The notes under the pieces: generated by a model
Databases searched by the model: none
Told to the model about the DNA's origin: nothing
The model's input: only the letters and a program-made list of their open reading frames with translations
In this document: piece by piece, positions 56,183 through 64,000 of the stretch
Layout: each line of letters begins with the position of its first letter
How positions within the stretch are numbered: the stretch's first letter is position 1
Position numbers and translations under genes: made by a program
NCBI GenBank assembly: GCA_043803685.1
Contig: JAZDJU010000031.1
Span: 7,114-71,113 of the forward strand
DNA from: Candidatus Omnitrophota bacterium
GTDB lineage: Bacteria > Omnitrophota > Omnitrophia > Omnitrophales > Aquincolibacteriaceae
DNA length: 64,000 bases
Direction: 5' to 3'

Positions 56183-57745
56183 CTACTTGACCCGGATCAC
56201 AACAAGCGTCATATCGTCAAAGGGCGGTGCCTTGCCGATAAAATCCTGGATCCCGGATTGGATCTTCATAAAAAGGTCATGAGCGCTGAGCAAACTGTTC
56301 TGTTCGATCAGCCGCCTGAGCCTTTCGATGCCGAACATACTTCCGTCTTCCGCCCTGGCCTCGATCACTCCATCCGTGTACATCACCAAAATGTCCCTCG
56401 AAGCAAGCTGAAGCGTCATTTCCGGATAGACCTGTCCCGGAAGGATCCCCACGGGAACTCCACTCACCGAGACCTCGGAAAAAACCCTGCCTTCGGCCTT
56501 GAACCACAAAGGAGCATAATGCCCCGCGTTGGCGCAAGTCATTTGCTTTGTTTTTCCATCATAAAGCAGATAGAGAACCGTGATGAACATCCCGTTCCCC
56601 AAGGCCGCGTCCGCCGCAATATAGTTGTTGGAGCGACTCAGGGTCTCTCCCGCACGCGTCTCCTCTGAAGAAATCACCTTAAAGACGCTCCGGGAGCGGG
56701 TCATGTAAAGAGTCCCGGGAAGCCCCTTGCCGGAAGCATCGGCAACAATGAATCCCGTTTTCCCGCGGGTGGGAAAGGAGAAAAAATCATAATAATCGCC
56801 GCCCACCTCCTTGGCGGGAACGCTCCGGGCCTCAATCTCAAGACCTTCGATCAAGGGAGGACGTTCGGGAAAGATCGACCGTTGGATCTCGGTCGCGATC
56901 TCCAGTTCACGTCTCACGCGTTCGTTCTCGCGCACCGTCGCCGCCAACTCGAGCATCATGCTCTTGAGGGATCCGGTCATGTTATTGAAGATACCGGACA
57001 TACGATTGAACTCTGTCTCGGAAAAATGCCCCAACTGGTGTTCAAGATCACCGCTCCCCACCGTCTCCATTCCCTTGACCACCCGCCGGATCGGCTGCAT
57101 AAGCCAGAGCGAACTCAGGAAACCGATCACCCACGAAAGACCCAGACAGGCTCCGATCGAGATCAGAAAAAGGCTGGAGAATTCCCACCGGATCTGGCGA
57201 ACCGTCTGTTGGGCGATGTCCACTCCGATAACACCCACGGTTTCTCCCGAGCGGGTCTTGACCGGAGCAAACGAGGAGACCCAGGTCCCCCACCGGTCCG
57301 TTTGACCTTTCAAATTCGCGAAAGGTTTTTGAAATCCCGTACGAACCGTGGGATCATTTCGGATATCGTAGCGTTCTCCGCACCCGACCGGTGTGCGTTC
57401 GCGATCAGCATTCGTCACAAAGCGGACATAATCCGGATCGGGATCCTTAACCATGATATAGACATCGAAGACATCACGGTCGACTGCACGAATACTCTGG
57501 AGCTTCTTGACGAGCGCCAACGCCTCGGGAGATTTCTCGCAGCCCGGTTGAATGGACACCGCCTGGATATCTTCCCCTGTGATCAGATTGGCGCTGACTT
57601 TGGTAAGATTCTCGAGGTATTGCGTGAAGGCGTCATCGCGCAGTTTGGTGACTTTAAAATAAAAAAAGGAAAAAATGCCCATGAGGACAATCGTACTGGA
57701 GAGAAAAAAAACGATCGAAAGACGGGACGCGAAGCTCTTGAACAT
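56183..57745 (-). CDS. Membrane sensor with HAMP and SpoIIE/PP2C phosphatase domains (RsbU-like)
   Basis: The periplasmic region and HAMP domain are followed by EVGGDYYDF...ADASGKG...YTDGVIEA. Confidence 0.85.
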   Translation of the reverse strand: MFKSFASRLSIVFFLSSTIVLMGIFSFFYFKVTKLRDDAFTQYLENLTKVSANLITGEDIQAVSIQPGCEKSPEALALVKKLQSIRAVDRDVFDVYIMVKDPDPDYVRFVTNADRERTPVGCGERYDIRNDPTVRTGFQKPFANLKGQTDRWGTWVSSFAPVKTRSGETVGVIGVDIAQQTVRQIRWEFSSLFLISIGACLGLSWVIGFLSSLWLMQPIRRVVKGMETVGSGDLEHQLGHFSETEFNRMSGIFNNMTGSLKSMMLELAATVRENERVRRELEIATEIQRSIFPERPPLIEGLEIEARSVPAKEVGGDYYDFFSFPTRGKTGFIVADASGKGLPGTLYMTRSRSVFKVISSEETRAGETLSRSNNYIAADAALGNGMFITVLYLLYDGKTKQMTCANAGHYAPLWFKAEGRVFSEVSVSGVPVGILPGQVYPEMTLQLASRDILVMYTDGVIEARAEDGSMFGIERLRRLIEQNSLLSAHDLFMKIQSGIQDFIGKAPPFDDMTLVVIRVK

Positions 57746-57860
57746 GGCCGCATTCTAACTTTGCCCTGACCAAAAAGCTACTGGGAATCGAAACCAAAGA
57801 GATTTTTCCGGGGGAAGCGCTTTTTTAAAACAGCCTTTCGAAACGCCAAGAACGCAGGGT

Positions 57861-60800
57861 CTAGCGGGACGTAAGATCGTTGATCTTTTTCTCGAGATCC
57901 AGCAAGGTCGCTTCGAAACTTCTGGCGCGAGACTGGCTCTTCGCGTGCTCTCTTTTCTCGTTTTCAAGTCTTTCTTCAAGATCCTTCTGTAAAGCGATCT
58001 TTTCACTCAAGAGAGCTTCCTTCTCACGCAATGTCTTGGTCAAATCCTCCAACGCGCGAGCCTTCTCACCCCCTTCGGCAAAAGCCTTTCCTTTTTCTTT
58101 TTCAAGATCGGAACATTGTGTCCGGAACTGCTGGATCTGGGTCGCGGCAAAAGCCGCGGCTCTTTCGAGATCTTGGATCCTGGAGGATGCCACATCGATC
58201 TCCCCGCGCATTTTCTTACCTTCCTCGGTCAAACGAGCCCGTTCCCGCTCGGAAGCCGCGATCTCCGCTATCCGTTCTTCGATCTCCTTATGGGCAATCA
58301 GATTTTGCTCCACACGACAGGCGAGATCCTTCTCGATGCGATGCCGTTCTTCTTCCAATCGTTTCTTATCCTCCTCGAAAGAAGCCCTGTCACTTTCCAG
58401 GTTTTTTTCAAGTTCACGAACCCGGGCTTTTAAGGTCTCCATCTCTTTTCCTCGTTCCGCCAGATCTTTTTGGAGACCCGCGCTGAGATTCCCCAACGAC
58501 TTGAGTTCCACGGCCTTCTCTCCGGCATCCTTCAATGCGGCTTGTTTCTCACAGTCCAAGCGCTTGGCATCCTCTTCTAATGTCGCAAGAGCCGCCCGAT
58601 CCTTCTCGAGCGCCGCCTCCAACCCACTGACTTTCCCGACCAACTGTTCAACCATTTCTCTTGCTTCACGGAAACCGTCCTTCAACCGTTCTTCTTCTTT
58701 TTCTTTCTCCAATAGTTCCGAGCCTAAGGCTTTCCGGTCGACTGCAGCTTGAGCCTTCTCGACTTCAAGCGCGGCGCGCATTTTTTCGTATGCGTCCACC
58801 GAAGCGCGGTACTTCTCCGTAAGTTCGTCCGCCGCAACGTCCCTCACCTTGATCTCAGCTTCCGCCGCCGTACATTTCGTCTCCAAACTCCGGAGATCCT
58901 CCCACAGTCGGGCTTCCTCCGAGGTCTTCACCTCCAAAGCCTGCAACAACTCCGACTTCCCTTTCTCTAACGCCTCGATCCGCGAACGGTCTTCCGCCGA
59001 TGTTTCCTCCAACTCGCGAACACGAGTCGACAAACCTTCAGATTCCTCTGTCTTTGATTCCAAGGTCTTTGAAAGATCGAACTTTTCTTTCTCCAACAAC
59101 TGGATCTGGGATCGAGTCTCCTCCGCATTTTTTCAAATTGATCGACCCGAGCTCTCAGATCTCCCGATTCTTTCACACGCTCGGCCAGCTCTTTCTCAAG
59201 ACCCGCGCTAATCTCGCCTAAAGACTCCAACTCGATGACCTTGTCCCCAACTTCCTTCAATGCCGCTTGTTTCTCACGCGCGAGATTTCTCGCATTTTCT
59301 TCAAATACAAGGAGCGCCACCCTGTTTTTTTTGAGCATTTCCTCAAAGACCTGGGCGTTGACCTTCACTTCTTCCGATTCTTTCGCCACCGATGCCAGAT
59401 CCTTCTCAAGACGGGCCTTCTCGCCCTCCAGCTCCGCACACTTTTTCTCGTAAGCTTCCACCGCCGCGCGGTGCTTCTCCACAAGTTCGGCCACCGCCGC
59501 ATCTTTCGCCTGAATCTCAGCTTCCACCGCTACGCGGTGCTTCTCCGCAATTTCGCTCGCCGCCGCAGCATTCTTCCTGATCTCAGCTTCCGCCGCCACG
59601 TGGTTCGCTTCCACCTTCCCAAGCTCTTCACGCAACTGCGCCGCTTCAGCACGCTTCGACTCCAGAGCCTGCGACAACTCCGAATTTTCTCTCCCTAACA
59701 CCTGGATCTGAGACCGGTCTCCCTCCGATGTCTTCTCCAACTCTCGAACACGAACCTGCAATTCTTCCAACTCTTTTGCCACCGATGCCAGATCCTTCTC
59801 AAGACGGGCCTTCTCGTCTTCGAGCTCCGCACACTGCTTTTCATAAACTTCCGCACTCTCAAGCTTTTCACGCAGTTGCGCTTCTTCAGCACGCTTCGAT
59901 TCAAAGGCCTTGAAAAGATCCGCCTTCTGTTTCTCCAATCCTCCAAGATTCGCTTCCAACTCCTTCACACGCGATTGGATCTCAAAAAAATCTTCACGCA
60001 GCTTCGTCTCTTCCCTCACTTTTCCCGCGAGCTCCTCGTTGAGCGATCGCCGATCCTCCTCAAGACGGGTCTTTTCGACTTCAAGCGCCGCCACCACTGC
60101 CGCTTTTTCCTCGCCGTCCTTCAATGCCAGAATTTTGTCTTGCTCCAAACGTTTCTGATCATCCGCTAAAACAGTCAGCGCCGCCCGGCTTTCCGCAAGC
60201 GTCTCTTCTAATTCACCAAGACGCACCTTGAACTCCTCGGACTCTTTCGTCTTCAAGCCCAGGTCCTTTTCCAGGCGAACTGTCGCAGTTCTAAGCACCG
60301 CCAACTCCGCGGCTTTCCCTTCTCCGTCCTTCAACGCAGCCTGATTCCGGTGCTCCAACCCTTGCACCTCCGACCAAAGCCGCGCTTCCTCAGCTCGTTT
60401 CGTCTCGAGTTCTTTGAAAAGATCTGACTTCTCTTTCTCCAAACCCTGGATCCTCAGTTGGCCGGCCTCGAATGATTCCTCAAATCCGCGAACCCGTGCT
60501 TTAAGATCCTCCGACTCCTTCACCTTAGATCCCAGATCCTTCTCAAGCCGGGCTTTGGCTTCCCCAAGCGCCGCCAATTCCGAAGCCTTCAATTCGGCGT
60601 TCTTCAATGCCGCTTGTTTCTCTTGCTCCAAACATCGCCTATCATCCCCGGAGGCATCCAGAGCCGACCGGGTCTCTTCCAACGTTTTCTCTAATCCCAG
60701 GATCCGCGTCTGCAATGCGTCCGAATCATTGGCCTTTAAAACAAGATCCTTCTCAAGACGAGCCTTGGATTCTTCTAAGGCCGTCAACTGGGTAGTTTTT

Positions 60801-61456
60801 TCTTCGATCTTCTTGATCTGCGCACGCGCGGCTTCTATTTCGATCTCAAGCTCCGCCATCTTCAGTCCGGCTTTTTCTTCGTCCGCACGAAGCCGCTTGA
60901 TCACTTCAAGAAGCAAGGCGTTCTCTTTCTCCAGAGTTTTGCGTTTATGTTCCTCGGCGGCGCGTGCTCCCACCTTTTCATGGAGGGCCTCGCGGGTTCC
61001 TTCCTGTTGAAATTTCACCTTGAAGGCTTCTACGTGGGCTTTCTTCTCCGCGGCTAGCTCCGCTTCGAGCCGCTCGCTTTTTTTCTGCAATTCCTCAAGA
61101 CGCGATTCCCACTGCTTCCTCTCGGAGGCAAAACGATCCATGCCGGAGGGCACCAGATATTCCTCTTTGTTTTCATGGAGAAAATGCGTCGGAGAGCCAA
61201 GCGAATACACCTTCTGAGGAGATACTGTTTGAGAGGGAGTCGTGGTTTTGGGGGATTCCTTCACTTTTCCCAACAGATCCATAAGGTCCATCAGTTCCAT
61301 AAGATCGACCTTGGAGGGCGCTCGAGTCGCCTTGCTTCTATCCGCCGAAGAGTCGCCTTGTTTGAAATAATGCTCGGTCAGGGCCTCCGCAACGAGGGTG
61401 GAGAGACGCCCGCTTTTCACCAGCTCATGGATCTGCTCTTCCAAGGAATTTTTCAT
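57861..61456 (-). pseudogene. ~1200-aa modular coiled-coil protein, reading frame broken at a T6/A6 run
   Basis: ORFs 58967..61531 and 57861..59099 carry the same repeat architecture. Adding one A at 59128-59133 gives ...VDQFEKNAEETRSQIQLLEKEKFDL... Start set at MKNSLEEQ. Confidence 0.7.
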
Positions 61457-61705
61457 ACCAAAACCTCCGGAAATAAAGAATCCGAATCCTGTGAGGAAAA
61501 CCCGCTTCGAGGGCGCACGCGACGGAACCACCTTCTTCCATCACAGCCTCGATCCGGGAGGAGTTCTATTTTCTTCGCTAAAAAGTACCATGTAAATGGA
61601 TATTTTTCTAGTCCTTCGCAAATAAAAAAGCCATCGGCACCCATTCCCGATGGCCCTGCTAGATTCGCTCTTCTGTCACCCCAAACCGGTCGAGATAATC
61701 TCGCT

Positions 61706-61800
61706 AGTACTGTTCTCTATTTAATTTTAGGGGTTAACAGTGCTGTACCGCATACCCCTAATTTCAAATGTAATGTGATGCGGTGCTAGTGGATGCTAGC
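61706..61800. repeat. Hairpin-cluster family, locus B
   Basis: Hairpins at 61706-61744, 61745-61786 and 61785-61800. The segment 61719-61745 is the reverse complement (26/27) of 3681-3707. Confidence 0.8.
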
Positions 61801-62965
61801 CCTTTTTCTCGGCCGCATCCAGATAGAGCTTGGCGATAAGGCACTTCTCTTCATATCCATTGATAATGAACTCGATCCTCCGATCGCGGTCTTCGTCGGT
61901 CAAAGCGTCCGGACCCACCGGCTCGTCTCCAATGATCTTGCACACATCGTTGGTCCTCGAAAAGATCGCCCTCGCCCACTCCCCTTCACTGCATTTTCCG
62001 AGAAGATACAAAATAGTCACGACGTACTGTCCGCCATAGAGCGAGCCGAGGTTATAAAGCACCGTTTTCTGGTACCCCGTAAAATCGGCCACAATATCCT
62101 GAAAAAAACTGACGATCCTTCTCCACTCTTCGCCGGTATACCGGTCCCACGCGGTAAGGGAGAAACCTTTCTCTTCCAGAAACAGCTTGACCCGTTCCTG
62201 CTGGACCTCCTGGTACATGGAAGTAACAGGATACCCCACGGCAGGCTCAAAAACAGGGTCACTACGCAGCCAGTGCGGCAGCTCTTTGAAAGGATCATTC
62301 TCCTCATTGAGGAAATCGACCTTTGAAGAAGCCAGGACATACGCACTGAAGAATTTGGGTTCCAGAACGATCCCATCCTCGATCAAAAGGTCGTCGCATC
62401 CTTCAAAATCACCCACGATCCTGGCCGCTAAGGCTTTTGTCGCTAATTCCAGCGGATTGCCTCGGAGAGTTTTGAGCCGTTCCCCGCCCGCCTCAATGTA
62501 ATACCGGCCGTTCTGGCTGACCCATTTCAAAGCGCTGATCGGGATTTTTTTCAAGAGACCTTGCAGGATCATCGCCTGGAGAGCCTTCTGGCGATTGTCT
62601 AATGCGATCCGCATGCGGGGATCGACATGGATCGCGGCATCAAAACATTGAAGCGCTTCCTTGAAATTTTTCCCCATCATCAGCATCGAACCTTTGTTGA
62701 CCAGTTCGTGCGTGCGTAAAAAATTACAGTGGAGCGCCTCCTCGTAGCATTCAAAGGCCTTACCAGCATTCCCAAGCCTGTCATAGCAACGGCCCAGATT
62801 GATCCAGGCCTTTTCATTATTACTATGAACCGCCAAAGCTTTTTCATAACACGCCTTGGCTTTTCCCCAAGCTCTGTTCTTGATGAACTCAAAGCCGTCC
62901 GTCAGGAACATTTCGCATTCTTTACATGGTTCCTCGTGCACGGGGCACCTCCCCATCAAAACCAT
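61796..62965 (-). CDS. TPR-repeat protein with uncharacterised C-terminal domain (weak ATP12-like resemblance)
   Basis: N-terminal Cys cluster, ~3 TPR units, then ~250 aa (YYIEAGGERLKTLRGNPLELATKALAARIVGDFEG...). The resemblance is from memory only. Confidence 0.55.
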   Translation of the reverse strand: MVLMGRCPVHEEPCKECEMFLTDGFEFIKNRAWGKAKACYEKALAVHSNNEKAWINLGRCYDRLGNAGKAFECYEEALHCNFLRTHELVNKGSMLMMGKNFKEALQCFDAAIHVDPRMRIALDNRQKALQAMILQGLLKKIPISALKWVSQNGRYYIEAGGERLKTLRGNPLELATKALAARIVGDFEGCDDLLIEDGIVLEPKFFSAYVLASSKVDFLNEENDPFKELPHWLRSDPVFEPAVGYPVTSMYQEVQQERVKLFLEEKGFSLTAWDRYTGEEWRRIVSFFQDIVADFTGYQKTVLYNLGSLYGGQYVVTILYLLGKCSEGEWARAIFSRTNDVCKIIGDEPVGPDALTDEDRDRRIEFIINGYEEKCLIAKLYLDAAEKKG

Positions 62966-63078
62966 TGCTTACGATGATTGCGCCGTACCAATCTTCCTTA
63001 TAACATTATAGCTCATTTTGAGCAATAATGAGAACGCAACAGCTCATAAGCGATCTTCTATTCGTACAAATTATCGCC

Positions 63079-63669
63079 TCAAGACTTCGCCGGACCTCCA
63101 AACCATAATTCGCTGTACCGGACAAACAGTCCACCCAAAAGAGAAAACGTCTTACCATAGAGCATTGATGCACTTTCTTGAAATACGGAGAAAACAACAG
63201 CCCCAATAATGGTCATAATAAATACAATAGAAAACGTCTGAGCCGCGAGACCGAGTCCTCTCTCGCGTTCGTTAGCCTTATTGTTTGAAGCCTCGGCCAG
63301 TTCCTTCCGATAGAAACGTTCCTCCTCCCCAAGACCTTTCAGAGCCTCCCCAAGTCTTGATCCCACGGGAAAGAACACGGCAAAAATGGCCGCGAACAGG
63401 ACGACCTTTTGCACTCCTTGGTCGTGGAGGGCAGACATCGTCCACCGTGACACAAAAGCCACATAAATGAGATAAACATAGGACTGCAAAAGAGCCGTAA
63501 TCGCAACTCCAAAAACGAAGCGGGCTTTACCACACTTCCCCGACCGGTCGGGAGTGATCATCAACTTCCCCGGAACACTCAAAGCGTCCAGCACGAATGA
63601 AGCTATGAATTTCATGACGACGCCTAAAACCCCCAGCGCAACAATGAAACAAAACGTCCTCAAACCCAC
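63079..63669 (-). CDS. Hypothetical membrane protein
   Basis: 196-aa ORF with ~5 predicted TM segments. Confidence 0.5.
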   Translation of the reverse strand: MGLRTFCFIVALGVLGVVMKFIASFVLDALSVPGKLMITPDRSGKCGKARFVFGVAITALLQSYVYLIYVAFVSRWTMSALHDQGVQKVVLFAAIFAVFFPVGSRLGEALKGLGEEERFYRKELAEASNNKANERERGLGLAAQTFSIVFIMTIIGAVVFSVFQESASMLYGKTFSLLGGLFVRYSELWFGGPAKS

Positions 63670-63941
63670 AATTCCCCTCCTGTTCCACTCGTTCTGATCG
63701 AAAACCGCATCTCATGGCGACCCTGTGCGACACCTTTCTCCCTACATCCTTCTTACCTCAAACTTCGGCATTCAAGAAAAAAAACATTACCTTATTCGTC
63801 ACTTTGCTTGTGAGAAGCCCCGTCGATCCAGGACAAGAAAGCAAATTCTAAGAACCGGCCCGGGGGTGATAACATGTGTCGCTTTACTTCAAAATGCGGG
63901 ACGTAATAGCGGCTCGCAACAAGAAGGGATCTGAGTAACCG

Positions 63942-64000
63942 CTAGCACCATTGCAAGTTTGATCTTACCGGTGAACGGTGCTAGTCCCAATTCTTATCAA
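63942..64000. repeat. Hairpin-cluster family, locus C (runs off the window)
   Basis: Hairpin CTAGCACC...GGTGCTAG. The last 18 nt (AGTCCCAATTCTTATCAA) are identical to 3562-3579. Confidence 0.75.

Overview
This is a bacterial chromosomal window; the taxon cannot be assigned from sequence alone, but the repeat content and PEP-CTERM/TPR genes suggest an uncultivated environmental lineage. There are about 60 credible protein genes, and all but two (25090..25614 and 38103..39104) lie on the minus strand. In minus-strand transcription order the blocks are: (1) a TPR gene plus membrane gene bracketed by hairpin-repeat clusters; (2) a ~1200-aa coiled-coil protein; (3) a SpoIIE phosphatase; (4) a HlyD-RbbA-ABC2-OMF efflux operon; (5) an SBP / hybrid kinase / Hpt / REC-REC / HD-GYP phosphorelay; (6) mraZ-STAS-rsmH-ftsL-ftsI, a dcw cluster that stops after ftsI at a tRNA-Pro remnant; (7) a tandemly duplicated SDR gene; (8) ligA; (9) a visibly AT-richer ~6.5-kb accessory island of small membrane and secreted proteins, with shared upstream motifs and a duplicated ~115-nt terminator-containing leader; (10) a cobalamin-riboswitch-controlled uptake and salvage operon (TBDR-tonB-cobQ-DUF71-btuFCD-cobO); (11) folate and pantothenate genes; (12) a REC-GGDEF-MshEN protein; (13) hemY. 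The window carries several distinct families of short hairpin-forming interspersed repeats, some of them inside ORFs. I saw no CRISPR array, rRNA, transposase, integrase or recognised defence system. The most novel-looking items are non-coding repeat and leader families plus some gene-context oddities, not a clear multi-gene system. Three ORF disruptions all sit at homopolymer runs and probably reflect assembly error.
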